From Squalus acanthias (lineage: Eukaryota), in the NCBI GenBank assembly GCA_030390025.1, contig JASTWF010000036.1, positions 3,722,001-3,786,000 of the forward strand: a stretch of DNA of 64,000 bases. Reading direction: 5' to 3'. The position numbers and the translations under genes are program-made. The notes beneath the pieces are model-generated. The model had not been told where the DNA came from. It saw nothing but the letters and a program-made list of their open reading frames with translations, and ran no database searches. This document shows, piece after piece, positions 1 through 12,987 of the stretch (its first letter is position 1; every line of letters begins with the position of its first letter).

Positions 1-195
1 ATTTTGTCCCTGAAGTAGGAGTTAGGAGATCACATTGCACATTATCTGTGGCCTTCATTTCTTTTGAGTTCTGCAAGGGTGGTCGCACATGTCTTTTCCA
101 CAAGCACAGTTGAATGCTCATGATGTGAGTGCTCGTTTTGTGTGTGCTCATGTTGGCTTTAAGTGGCGAAACTAAGGTGAAGAGCCAAGTCCTAT

Positions 196-737
196 AAAGA
201 AAGAACTTACATTTCTATAGCGCCTTTCATAACATCTCAAAGCACTTCACAGCCAATGAAGTGCTTTTTTGAAGTGTGGTCACTGTTGTAATGTAGGAAA
301 CGCGGCAGCCAATTTGTGCACAGCAAGCTCCCACAAACAGCAATGAGATAATGATCAGATAACAACAGAAAACGCTGGAAAAACTCAGCAGGCCAGGCAG
401 CATCCGTGGAGAGAGAAAGAGAGTTAACGTTTCAGGTCGATGACCTTGATCAGATAATCTGTTTTAATATGTTGATTTTGAGATAAATATTGGCCACGAC
501 ACCGGGGAGAACTTCCGCTGTTCTTCTTTGAAATAGTGCCATGGGATCTTTAGCGTCCACCTCAGAGGACAGACGGGGCCTCGGTTTAACGTTTCATCCG
601 AAAGACTGCACCTCCGACAGTGCAGCACTGGGAGTGTCCGCCTGGATTTTCGTGTTCGAGTCTCTGGAGTGGGACTGTGAACCCACAACCTTCTGACTCA
701 GAGGCGACAGTGCTACCCACTGAGCCACGGCTGACAC
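196..737 (-). mobile_element. tRNA-headed Deu-domain SINE (SacSINE1/DeuSINE-like), interrupted by a Penelope fragment
   Basis: Reverse strand reads A box TGGCTCAGTGG, B box GGTTCACAGTCC, core AAAGATCCCATGGCACTATTT and tail AAAGGCGCTATAGAAATG; matches the other copies in the window. Confidence 0.85.
363..446 (-). mobile_element. Penelope-like element terminal-repeat fragment
   Basis: Near-identical to part of 19715-19800; flanked by direct repeat TGATCAGATAA (352-362 / 447-457). Confidence 0.85.
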
Positions 738-1105
738 TTGTAGTGGAGGCCCCAGCAAGGTTGAGAGGAGTAGGGGTGGAGATGAGTGAAATCAGGAAGT
801 AGTGATTAGCTGACGTCAAGCTTGGGATTCAAAACCCTGTGGATTGTAGGAGGATGGGAGGTCTGAAGGAAATGAGACACCATACAAGTATCTAAATGGC
901 CTAGTTGTGGGAGTAGGTTTTGTTGACGGCAATTAGCTTCTGACTGCATGTCTCAATTGGCTACTGGCTGGAAGTTAAGACACTGATTTACAGGAATTGT
1001 CTTCAGGTTCGAGTCATTTCTAGTCCATGACCTAATATCACCAAGACAGTTTCCAAAGAGCTTCAACCCGACAGCTCAAATGATCGCCCTTGCTGAATTG
1101 TCTTC

Positions 1106-1346
1106 CAACAACAACGTGCATTTATATAGCACCTTTAACACAGTAAAACGTCCCAGGGCGCTTCACAGGAGCGATTATCAGACAAAATTTGACACCGAGC
1201 CACATAAGGAGATATTAGTGCAGATGACCAAAAGCTGGGTCAAGGTGGTAGGTTATAGAAGCATCTTAAAAGAGGAGAGAGAGGTAGAGAGGCGGAGACG
1301 CATAGGGAGGGAATTCCAGAGCTTAGGGCCACAGCATCTGAAGGCA
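1106..1346 (-). mobile_element. L2-type LINE 3' end fragment
   Basis: Same sequence as 41887-42172, which is contiguous with L2-type RT C-terminal coding remnants; (TTG)n tail on the minus strand. Confidence 0.75.
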
Positions 1347-1552
1347 TAATGGCAGAACACGCACTGAGAGAAGTATGGAAACTCGCGAGCTGTTCTGGTA
1401 TCTTACTAGATAGTTAAAAAGAAAATACACGGTAAGTAAACATAACCTGTTCGAGGTTGGCACGCCTTATTAACCCACGTGTGCCACCACATCAACGGGC
1501 CTCTTTTGGCCACGTCCTCCGATATACCCCTGCCTGTACTGTATTTCGTACA

Positions 1553-4500
1553 GTAATCCCCAGCCCGCACTCACTCACTATGTTGGGTGGGTAGTGTAAT
1601 CTCCAGCCCGCACTCACTCACTGTGTTGGGTGGGTAGTGTAATCTCCAGCCCGCACTCACTCACTGTGTTGGGTGGGTAGTGTAATCTCCAGCCCGCACT
1701 CACTCACTGTGTTGGGTGGGTAGTGTAATCTCCAGCCTGCACTCACTCACTGTGTTGGGTGGGTAGTGTAATCTCCAGCCTGCACTCACTCACTGTGTTG
1801 GGTGGGTAGTGTAATCTCCAGCCCGCACTCACTCACTGTGTTGGGTGGGTAGTGTAATCTCCAGCCCTCACTCACTCACTGTGTTGGGTGGGTAGTGTAA
1901 TCTCCAGCCCGCTCTCACTCACTGTGTTGGGTGGGTAGTGTAATCTCCAGCCCTCACTCACTCACTGTGCTGGGTGGGTAGTGTAATCTCCAGCCCTCAC
2001 TCACTCACTGTGCTGGGTGGGTAGTGTAATCTTCAGCCCGCTCTCACTCACTGTGTTGGATGGGTAGTGTAATCTCCAGCCCGCACTCACTCACTGTGTT
2101 GGGTGGGTACTGTAATCTCCAGCCCGCATTCACTGTGTTGGGTGGGTAGTGTAATCTCCAGCTCGCACTCACTCACTGTGCTGGGTGGGTAGTGTAATCT
2201 CCAGCCCGCACTCACTCACTGTGTTGGGTGGGTAGTGTAATCTCCAGCTCGCACTCACTCACTGTGTTGGGTGGGTAGTGTAATCTCCAGCCCGCACTCA
2301 CTCACTGTGTTGGGTGGGTACTGTAATCTCCAGCCCGCACTCACTCACTGTGTTGGGTGGGTAGTGTAATCTCCAGCCCGCACTCACTCACTGTGTTGGG
2401 TGGGTAGTGTAATCTCCAGCCCGCACTCACTCACTGTGTTGGGTGGGTAGTGTAATCTCCAGCCCGCACTCACTCACTGTGTTGGGTGGGTAGTGTAATC
2501 TCCAGCCCGCACTCACTCACTGTGTTGGGTGGGTACTGTAATCTCCAGCCCGCACTCACTCACTGTGTTGGGTGGGTAGTGTAATCTCCAGCCCGCACTC
2601 ACTCACTGTGTTGGGTGGGTAGTGTAATCTCCAGCCCGCACTCACTCACTGTGTTGGGTGGGTAGTGTAATCTCCAGCCCGCACTCACTCACTGTGTTGG
2701 GTGGGTAGTGTAATCTCCAGCCCGCTCTCACTCACTGTGTTGGGTGGGTAGTGTAATCTCCAGCCTGCACTCACTCACTGTGTTGGGTGGGTAGTGTAAT
2801 CTCCGGCCCGCACTCACTCACTGTGTTGGGTGGGTAGTGTAATCTCCAGCCCGCTCTCACTCACTGTGTTGGGTGGGTAGTGTAATCTCCAGCCCTGCAC
2901 TCACTCACTGTGTTGGGTGGGTAGTGTAATCTCCAGCCCGCTCTCACTCACTGTGTTGGGTGGGTAGTGTATTCTCCAGCCTGCACTCACTCACTGTGTT
3001 GGGTGGGTAGTGTAATCTCCAACCCGCTCTCACTCACTGTGTTGGGTGGGTAGTGTAATCTCCAGCCCGCACTCACTCACTGTGTTGGGTGGGTAGTGTA
3101 ATCTCCAGCCCGCACTCACTCACTGTGTTGGGTGGGTAGTGTAATCTCCAGCCCGCACTCACTGTGTTGGGTGTGTAGTGTAATCTCCAGCCCGCACTCA
3201 CTCACTGTGTTGGGTGGGTAGTGTAATCTCCAGCCCGCACTCACTCACTGTGTTGGGTGGGTAGTGTAATCTCCAGCCCGCACTCACTCACTGTGTTGGG
3301 TGGGTAGTGTAATCTCCAGCCCGCACTCACTCACTGTGTTGGGTGGGTAGTGTAATCTCCAGCCCGCACTCACTCACTGTGTTGGGTGGGTAGTGTAATC
3401 TCCAGCCCGCTCTCACTCACTGTGTTGGGTGGGTAGTGTATTCTCCAGCCTGCACTCACTCACTGTGTTGGGTGGGGAGTGTAATCTCCAGCCCGCTCTC
3501 ACTCACTGTGTTGGGTGGGTAGTGTAATCTCCAGCCCGCTCTCACTCACTGTGTTGGGTGGGTAGTGTATTCTCCAGCCTGCACTCACTCACTGTGTTGG
3601 GTGGGGAGTGTAATCTCCAGCCCGCTCTCACTCACTGTGTTGGGTGGGTAGTGTAATCTCCAGCCCGCACTGACTGTGTTGGGTGGGTAGTGTAATCTCC
3701 AGCCCTCACTCACTCACTGTGTTGGGTGGGTAGTGTAATCTCCAGCCTGCACTCACTCACTGTGTTGGGTGGGTAGTGTAATCTCCAGCCTGCACTCACT
3801 CACTGTGTTGGGTGGGTAGTGTAATCTCCAGCCCGCTCTCACTCACTGTGTTGGGTGGGTAGTGTAATCTCCAGCCTGCACTCACTCACTGTGTTGGATG
3901 GGTAGTGTAATCTCCAGCCCGCACTCACTCACTGTGTTGGGTGGGTAGTGTAATCTCCAGCTCGCACTCACTCACTGTGTTGGGTGGGTAGTGTAATCTC
4001 CAGCCCGCACTCACTCACTGTGTTGGGTGGGTAGTGTAATCTCCAGCCCGCACTCACTCACTGTGTTGGGTGGGTAGTGTAATCTCCAGCCCGCTCTCAC
4101 TCACTGTGTTGGGTGGGTAGTGTAATCTCCAGCCCGCACTCACTCACTGTGTTGGGTGGGTAGTGTAATCTCCAGCCCGCACTCACTCACTGTGTTGGGT
4201 GGGTAGTGTAATCTCCAGCCCGCACTCACTCACTGTGTTGGGTGGGTAGTGTAATCTCCAGCCCGCACTCACTCACTGTGTTGGGTGGGTAGTGTAATCT
4301 CCAGCCCGCACTCACTCACTGTGTTGGGTGGGTAGTGTAATCTCCAGCCCGCACTCACTCACTGTGTTGGGTGGGTAGTGTAATCTCCAGCCCGCACTCA
4401 CTCACTGTGTTGGGTGGGTAGTGTAATCTCCAGCCCGCTCTCACTCACTGTGTTGGGTGGGTAGTGTAATCTCTAGCCCGCTCTCACTCACTGTGTTGGG

Positions 4501-7500
4501 TGGGTAGTGTAATCTCCAGCCAACTCTCACTCACTGTGTTGGGTGGGTTGTGTAATCTCCAGCCTGCACTCACTCACTGTGTTGGGTGGGTAGTGTAATC
4601 TCCGGCCTGCACTCACTCACTGTGTTGGGTGGGTAGTGTAATCTCCAGCCCGCACTCACTCACTGTGTTGGGTGGGTAGTGTAATCTCCAGCCTGCGCTG
4701 ACTCACTGTGTTGGGTGGGTAGTGTAATCTCCAGCCCTCATTCACTCACTGTGTTGGGTGGGTTGTGTAATCTCCAGCCCGCGCTGACTCACTGTGTTGG
4801 GTGGGTAGTGTAATCTCCAGCCCGCTCTCACTCACTGTGTTGGGTGGGTAGTGTAATCTCCAGCCCGCTCTCACTCACTGTGTTGGGTGGGTAGTGTAAT
4901 CTCCAGCCCGCACTCACTCACTGTGTTGGGTGGGTAGTGTAATCTCCAGCTCGCACTCACTCACTGTGTTGGGTGGGTAGTGTAATCTCCAGCTCGCACT
5001 CACTCACTGTGTTGGGTAGGTAGTGTAATCTCCAGCCCGCTCTCACTCACTGTGTTGGGTGGGTAGTGTAATCTCCAGCTCGCACTCACTCACTGTGTTG
5101 GGTGGGTAGTGTAATCTACAGCCCGCACTCACTGTGTTGGGTGGGTAGTGTAATCTACAGCCCGCACTCACTGTGTTGGGTGGGTAGTGTAATCTCCAGC
5201 CCGCTATCACTCACTGTGTTGCGTGGGTAGTGTAATCTCCAGCCCTCACTCACTCACTGTGTTGGGTGGGTAGTGTAATCTCCAGCCCGCGCTGACTCAC
5301 TGTGTTGGGTGGGTAGTGTAATCTCCAGCCCGCTCTCACTCACTGTGTTGGGTGGGTAGTGTAATCTCCAGCCCGCACTCACTCACTGTGCTGGGTGGGT
5401 AGTGTAATCTCCAGCCCGCACTCACTGTGTTGGGTGGGTAGTGTAATCTCCAGCCCGCTATCACTCACTGTGTTGCGTGGGTAGTGTAATCTCCAGCCCG
5501 CTCTCACTCACTGTGTTGGGTGGGTAGTGTAATCTCCAGCCCACACTCACTCACTGTGTTGGGTGGGTAGTGTAATCTCCAGCCAGCACTCACTCACTGT
5601 GTTGGGTGGGTAGTGTAATCTCCAGCCCGCTCTCACTCACTGTGTTGGGTGGGTAGAGTAATCTCCAGCCCACACTCACTCACTGTGTTGGGTGGGTAGT
5701 GTAATCTCCAGCCCGCTCTCACTCACAGTGTTGGGTGGGTAGTGTAATCTCCAGCCTGCACTCACTCACTGTGTTGGGTGGGTAGTGTAATCTCCGGCCC
5801 GCACTCACTCACTGTGTTGGGTGGGTAGTGTAATCTCCAGCCCGCACTCACTCACTGTGTTGGGTGGGTAGTGTAATCTCCAGCCCGCTCTCACTCACTG
5901 TGTTGGGTGGGTAGTGTAATCTCCAGCCCGCACTCACTCACTGTGTTGGGTGGGTAGTGTAATCTCCAGCCCGCTCTCACTCACTGTGTTGGGTGGGTAG
6001 TGTATTCTCCAGCCTGCACTCACTCACTGTGTTGGGTGGGTAGTGTAATCTCCAGCCCGCTCTCACTCACTGTGTTGGGTGGGTAGTGTAATCTCCAGCC
6101 CGCACTCACTCACTGTGTTGGGTGGGTAGTGTAATCTCCAGCCCGCTCTCAGTCACTGTGTTGGGTGGGTAGTGTATTCTCCAGCCTGCTCTCACTCACT
6201 GTGTTGGGTGGGTAGTCTAATCTCCAGCCCGCGCTCACTCACTGTGTTGGGTGGGTAGTCTAATCTCCAGCCCGCTCTCACTCACTGTGTTGGGTGGGTA
6301 GTGTAATCTCCAGCCCGCACTCACTCACTGTGTTGGGTGGGTCGTGTAATCTCCAGCCCGCACTGACTGTGTTGGGTGGGTAGTGTAATCTCCAGCCCTC
6401 ACTCACTCACTGTGTTGGGTGGGTAGTGTAATCTCCAGCCCTCATTCACTCACTGTGCTGGGTGGGTTGTGTAATCTCCAGCCCGCTCTCACTCACTGTG
6501 TTGGGTGGGTAGTGTAATCTCCAGCCCGCACTCACTCACTGTGTTGGGTGGGTCGTGTAATCTCCAGCCCGCACTGACTGTGTTGGGTGGGTAGTGTAAT
6601 CTCCAGCCCTCACTCACTCACTGTGCTGGGTGGGTAGTGTAATCTCCAGCCCGCTCTCACTCACTGTGTTGGGTGGGTAGTGTAATCTCCAGCACTCACT
6701 CACTGTGTTGGGTGGGTCGTGTAATCTCCAGCCCGCACTGACTGTGTTGGGTGGGTAGTGTAATCTCCAGCCCTCACTCACTCACTGTGCTGGGTGGGTA
6801 GTGTAATCTCCAGCCCGCTCTCACTCACTGTGTTGGGTGGGTAGTGTAATCTCCAGCCTGCACTCACTCACTGTGTTGGATGGGTAGTGTAATCTCCAGC
6901 CCGCACTCACTCACTGTGTTGGGTGGGTAGTGTAATCTCCAGCTCGCACTCACTCACTGTGTTGGGTGGGTAGTGTAATCTCCAGCCCGCACTCAATCAC
7001 TGTGTTGGGTGGGTAGTGTAATCTCCAGCCCGCACTCACTCACTGTGTTGGGTGGGTAGTGTAATCTCCAGCCCGCACTCACTCACTGTGTTGGGTGGGT
7101 AGTGTAATCTCCAGCCCGCACTCACTCACTGTGTTGGGTGGATAGTGTAATCGCCAGCCCGCTCTCACTCACTGTGTTGGGTGGGTAGTGTAATCTCCAG
7201 CCCGCACTCACTCACTGTGTTGGGTGGGTAGTGTAATCTCCAGCCCTCACTCACTCACTGTGTTGGGTGGGTAGTGTAATCTCCAGCCCGCTCTCACTCA
7301 CTGTGTTGGGTGGGTAGTGTAATCTCCAGCCCTCATTCACTCACTGTGTTGGGTGGGTTGTGTAATCTCCAGCCCGCGCTGACTCACTGTGTTGGGTGGG
7401 TAGTGTAATCTTCAGCCAGCACTCACTCACTGTGTTGGGTGGGTAGTGTAATCTCCAGCCTGCACTCACTCACTGTGTTGGGTGGGTAGTGTAATCTCCA

Positions 7501-10500
7501 GCCCGCTCTCACTCACTGTGTTGGGTGGGTAGTGTAATCTCCAGCCCGCGCTGACTCACTGTGTTGGGTGGGTAGTGTAATCTCCAGCCCGCTCTCACTC
7601 ACTGTGTTGGGTGGGTAGTGTAATCTCCAGCCCGCACTCACTCACTGTGTTGGGTGGGTAGTGTAATCTCCAGCTCGCACTCACTCACTGTGTTGGGTGG
7701 GTAGTGTAATCTCCAGCTCGCACTCACTCACTGTGTTGGGTAGGTAGTGTAATCTCCAGCCCGCTCTCACTCACTGTGTTGGGTGGGTAGTGTAATCTAC
7801 AGCCCGCACTCACTGTGTTGGGTGGGTAGTGTAATCTCCAGCCTGCACTCACTGTGTTGGGTGGGTAGTGTAATCTCCAGCCCGCTATCACTCACTGTGT
7901 TGTGTGGGTAGTGTAATCTCCAGCCCTCACTCACTCACTGTGTTGGGTGGGTAGTGTAATCTCCAGCCCGCGCTGACTCACTGTGTTGGGTGGGTAGTGT
8001 AATCTCCAGCCCGCTCTCACTCACTGTGTTGGGTGGGTAGTGTAATCTCCAGCCCGCACTCACTCACTGTGCTGGGTGGGTAGTGTAATCTCCAGCCCGC
8101 ACTCACTGTGTTGGGTGGGTAGTGTAATCTCCAGCCCGCTATCACTCACTGTGTTGCGTGGGTAGTGTAATCTCCAGCCCGCTCTCACTCACTGTGTTGG
8201 GTGGGTAGTGTAATCTCCAGCCCACACTCACTCACTGTGTTGGGTGGGTAGTGTAATCTCCAGCCAGCACTCACTCACTGTGTTGGGTGGGTAGTGTAAT
8301 CTCCAGCCCGCTCTCACTCACTGTGTTGGGTGGGTAGTGTAATCTCCAGCCCGCGCTCACTCACTGTGTTGGGTGGGTAGAGTAATCTCCAGCCCACACT
8401 CACTCACTGTGTTGGGTGGGTAGTGTAATCTCCAGCCCGCTCTCACTCACAGTGTTGGGTGGGTAGTGTAATCTCCAGCCTGCACTCACTCACTGTGTTG
8501 GGTGGGTAGTGTAATCTCCAGCCCGCTCTCACTCACTGTGTTGGGTGGGTAGTGTAATCTCCAGCCCGCTCTCACTCACTGTGTTGGGTGGGTAGTGTAA
8601 TCTCCAGCCCGCTCTCACTCACTGTGTTGGGTGGGTAGTGTAATCTCCAGCCCGCTCTCACTCACTGTGTTGGGTGGGTAGTGTAATCTCCAGCCCGCAC
8701 TGACTCACTGTGTTGGGTGTGTAGTGTAATCTGCAGCCCGCACTCACTCACTGTGTTGGGTGGGTAGTGTAATCTCCAGCCCGCTCTCACTCACTGTGTT
8801 GGGTGGGTAGTGTAATCTCCAGCCCGCCCTCACTCACAGTGTTGGGTGGGTAGTGTAATCTCCAGCCCGCTCTCACTCACTGTATTGGGTGGGTAGTGTA
8901 ATCTCCAGCCCGCTCTCACTCACTGTGTTGGGTGGGTAGTGTAATCTCCAGCCCGCACTCACTCACTGTGTTGGGTGGGTAGTGTAATCTCCAGCCCTCA
9001 CTCACTCACTGTGTTGGGTGGGTAGTGTAATCTCCAGCTCGCGCTCACTCACTGTGTTGGGTGGGTAGTGTAATCTCCAGCCCGCGCTGACTCACTGTGT
9101 TGGGTGGGTAGTGTAATCTCCAGCCCGCACTCACTCACTGTGTTGGGTGGGTAGTGTAATCTCCAGCCCGCTCTCACTCACTGTGTTGGGTGGGTAGTGT
9201 AATCTCCAGCCCGCACTGACTCACTGTGTTGGGTGGGTAGTGTAATCTCCAGCTCGCACTCACTCACTGTGTTGGGTGGGTAGTGTAATCTCCAGCCCGC
9301 TCTCACTCACTGTGTTGGGTGGGTTGTGTAATCTCCAGCCCGCTCTCACTCACTGTGTTGGGTGGGTAGTGTAATCTCCATCCCGCACTCACTCACTGTG
9401 TTGGGTGGGTAGTGTAATCTCCAGCCCGCACTCACTCACTGTGTTGGGTGGGTAGTGTAATCTCCAGCCCGCTCTCACTCACTGTGTTGGGTGGGTAGTG
9501 TAATCTCCAGCCCGCACTCACTCACTGTGTTGGGTGGGTAGTGTAATCTCCAGCTCGCACTCACTCACTGTGTTGGGTGGGTAGTGTAATCTCCAGCCCG
9601 CACTCACTCACTGTGTTGGGTGGGTAGTGTAATCTCCAGCCCGCACTCACTCACTGTGTTGGGTGGGTAGTGTAATCTCCAGCCCGCACTCACTCACTGT
9701 GTCGGGTGGGTAGTGTAATCTCCAGCCCGCTCTCACTCACTGTGTTGGGTGGGTCGTGTAATCTCCAGCCCGCACTCACTCACTGTGTTGGGTGGGTAGT
9801 GTAATCTCCAGCCCACACTCACTCACTGTGCTGGGTGGGTAGTGTAATCTCCAGCCCACACTCACTCACTGTGTTGGGTGGGTAGTGTAATCTCCAGCCC
9901 ACACTCACTCACTGTGTTGGGTGGGTAGTGTAATCTCCAGTCCACACTCACTCACTGTGTTGGGTGGGTAGTGTAATCTCCAGCCCGCACTGACTCACTG
10001 TGTTGGGTGGGTAGTGTAATCTCCAGCCCGCTCTCACTCACTGTGTTGGGTGGGTAGTGTAATCTCCAGCTCGCACTCACTCACTGTGTTGGGTGGGTAG
10101 TGTAATCTCCAGCCTGCACTGACTCACTGTGTTGGGTGGGTAGTGTAATCTCCAGCCCGCTCTCACTCACTGTGTTGGGTGGGTAGTGTAATCTCCAGCC
10201 CGCGCTCACTCACTGTGTTGGGTGGGTAGTGTAATCTCCAGCCCGCTCTCACTCACTGTGTTGGGTGGGTAGTGTAATCTCCAGCCCGCACTGACTCACT
10301 GTGTTGGGTGGGTAGTGTAATCTCCAGCCCGCACTCACTCACTGTGTTGGGTGGGTAGTGTAATCTCCAGCCCGCGCTCACTCACTGTGTTGGGTGGGTA
10401 GTGTAATCTCCAGCCCGCGCTCACTCACTGTGTTGGGTGGGTAGTGTAATCTCCAGCCCGCGCTCACTCACTGTGTTGGGTGGGTAGTGTAATCTCCAGC

Positions 10501-10612
10501 CCGCTCTCACTCACTGTGTTGGGTGGGTAGTGTAATCTCCAGGCCACACTCACTCACTGTGTTGGGTGGGTAGTGTAATCTCCAGCCCGCACTCACTCAC
10601 TGTCTTGGGTGG
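1553..10612. repeat. 43-bp satellite/minisatellite, about 210 copies
   Basis: Unit GTAATCTCCAGCCCGCACTCACTCACTGTGTTGGGTGGGTAGT; GTAAT recurs at 1553 and 1596 (period 43); some 39-bp units lack one CACT. Confidence 0.99.
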
Positions 10613-10994
10613 CCATATTCCTTTTTGGAGCTTGAACACAGAGTTTGGTGAATGCAAGCAGAGTGGATCACAAGCAGAGTGGAAGAATTTGGTGTGCGCA
10701 GAAATTTGATGGAATTCAGTGGAGAGGAGGAAGGTGGGTGAGACGTCTGACTGAAAAGGAGCAGTGAAGCCACAGAACCTAACGACTCTAAGTTCAGAGG
10801 ACCGAGAACAGACCTGTGGGAGAGCGAGAGGAGCGGCCAGAGATAATGGTAGGCCCGAGAGCCCGGAGCCCAGAGGGAGTGCGAGTGTCAGGGAGCGAGG
10901 CCAAAAAAACCTAGTGAAGTCAACACAAGGGAAGGAGCTGATTGGTGAGTAGCTGGTGATTGTTTTTTTTTAAAGTCTTGAATTTATTTCTATT

Positions 10995-11957
10995 ATGTTA
11001 GTTAATAGTCTATTAAATAGAGGCATAGCAGGACACCTTAGTCCCGTGGAATGCACATCCTGTACTATGTCGGAACTCCAGGATGCTTCCCGTGTCCTGG
11101 ACAACCACGTGTGCAGGAAGTGTCGTCGGCTGGAGGAGCTCGAGCTCCGGGTTTCGGAGCTTGATCAGCAGCTGGCATCACTGCAGTGCATCCGTGAGGC
11201 TGAGAGCTACATGGATAGCACGTTTCAGGAGGTGGTCACCCCGCAGCTAAGGAGTGTGCAGGCAGAGAGGGAATGGGTGACCACCAGACAGACAAGGAGG
11301 ACCAGGCAGGCAGTGCAGCAGTCCCCTGAGTGCATCTCACTCTCTAACTGGTATTCAATACTGGTGAGGGCGATGGTTCCTCTGGGGAATACAGCCTGAG
11401 CCAAGTCCACGGCACCACGGGTGGCTCAGCTGTACAGGGTAGGGGGTGGGGGGAGGAGGAAGATCGGGAAAGCAAAAGTGATAGGGCATTCGATAGTTAG
11501 GGCAACAGACAGGCGTTTCTGCAGCTGCAGACGTGATTCCAGATGGCATGCTGCCTCCCTGGTGCCAGGGTCAAGGATGTCACTGAGCAGCTGCAGGACA
11601 TTCTAAGGGGGGATGGACAACAGCCAGAGGTTGTGGTCCATATCGGTATCAACGACATTGGTAGAAAAAGGGATGAGGTCCTGCAGGCAGATTTCAGGGC
11701 AGCTAGGAAAGAAATTAAAAAGCAGGACCTCAAAGGTAGTAATCTCCGGATTACTCCCGGTGCCACGAGCTAGTGAGTATAGAAATAGAAGGATAGAGCA
11801 GATGAATGCGTGGCTGGAGAGATGGTGCAGGAGGGCGAGCTTTAGATTCCTGGAACAACTGGTTCTGGGGGAGGTGGGACCTGTACAGGCCGGACGGGTT
11901 GCACCTCAACAGAACTGGGTGGGGTTTGCTAGTGCTATTGGGGAGGGTTTAAACTAA
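10995..11957 (+). pseudogene. CR1 ORF1: zinc finger/leucine zipper plus SGNH esterase-like domain, frameshifted
   Basis: CTSC...CRKC followed by heptad leucines; IGHSIVR, CCLPGARV and VVVHIGINDI motifs spread over several frames. Confidence 0.88.
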
Positions 11958-12757
11958 TTTGGCAGGGGGATGGGCACCAGGATGTGGCATTAGAAAGGAG
12001 AAACAAAGTGCTGAAAGGATTGGGAGAGACAGATAGCACAAGAGTAAGAAATAGCATGGCATTAGGTGGCGTCAGACTAAGAGAGAGTACAAGAAGGTCT
12101 ACGATAGGTTTACAGTGCATGTGTGTAAACGCACAAAGCCTGGTAAATAAGGTTGGTGAGCTGCTGGCACAAACAGCCACATGGGAATATGATGTTGTGG
12201 CGATAATGGAGACCTCGCTCAAAAAAGGGCAGGATTGGGTACTAAGTATTCCTGGATATAAGGTGTTCAGGAAAGATAGGGAAGGAAAGAAAGGAGGTGG
12301 GGTGGCAGTATTGATTAAGGAGAATATTACAGTGCTGGAGAGAGAGGATGTCCTGGAAGGGTCAAGGACAGAATCTATTTGGTTAGAGTTGAGAAACAAT
12401 AGAGGTGCCATTACATGACTAGGTGTATTCTATGGGCCACCAACTAGTGGGAAGGATATAGAGGAGCAAATTTGCAGGGAAGTTACAGAGAGGTGCAAGA
12501 ACTATAGAGTAGTGATAATGGGGGACTTCAACTATCCTAATATCGACTGGTATAGTAATAGTGTAAAGGGCAGAGAGGGGGAAGAATTTCTGAAGTGTGT
12601 TCAGGAGAACTTTCTTGATCAGTATGTTTCCGGCCCAACGAGGAAGGAGGCATTGCTGGATTTGGTTGTGGACAATGAGGTGGGTCAAGTGGAGCAAGTG
12701 TCAGTCGGGGAACATTTAGGGAAGTGATCACAGTATCATAAGATTTAGATTAGCTAT

Positions 12758-12987
12758 ACATAGAACATAAGAACATGAGACATAGGAGCAGGAATAGGTC
12801 ATTTGGCCCCTCGAGCCTGCTCCGCCATTCAATAAGATCATGGTTGATCTGATCTTGGCCTCAACTCCACTTCCCTGCCTGCTCCCCACAACCTTTGACT
12901 CCCTTACCATTCAAAAATCTGTCTATCTCCACCTTAAATATATTCAATGACCCAGCCTCCACAGCTCTCTGGGGCAGAGAATTCCAA
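12758..12987 (-). mobile_element. 5'-truncated CR1 3'-end inserted antisense into CR1 ORF2
   Basis: CR1 3' hairpin/tail sequence; TSD AGCTAT (12752-12757 / 12988-12993). Confidence 0.85.

Noticed and set aside
1553..10612. CRISPR array
   Set aside because: Units are contiguous with no unique spacers, there are no cas genes, and the context is vertebrate.
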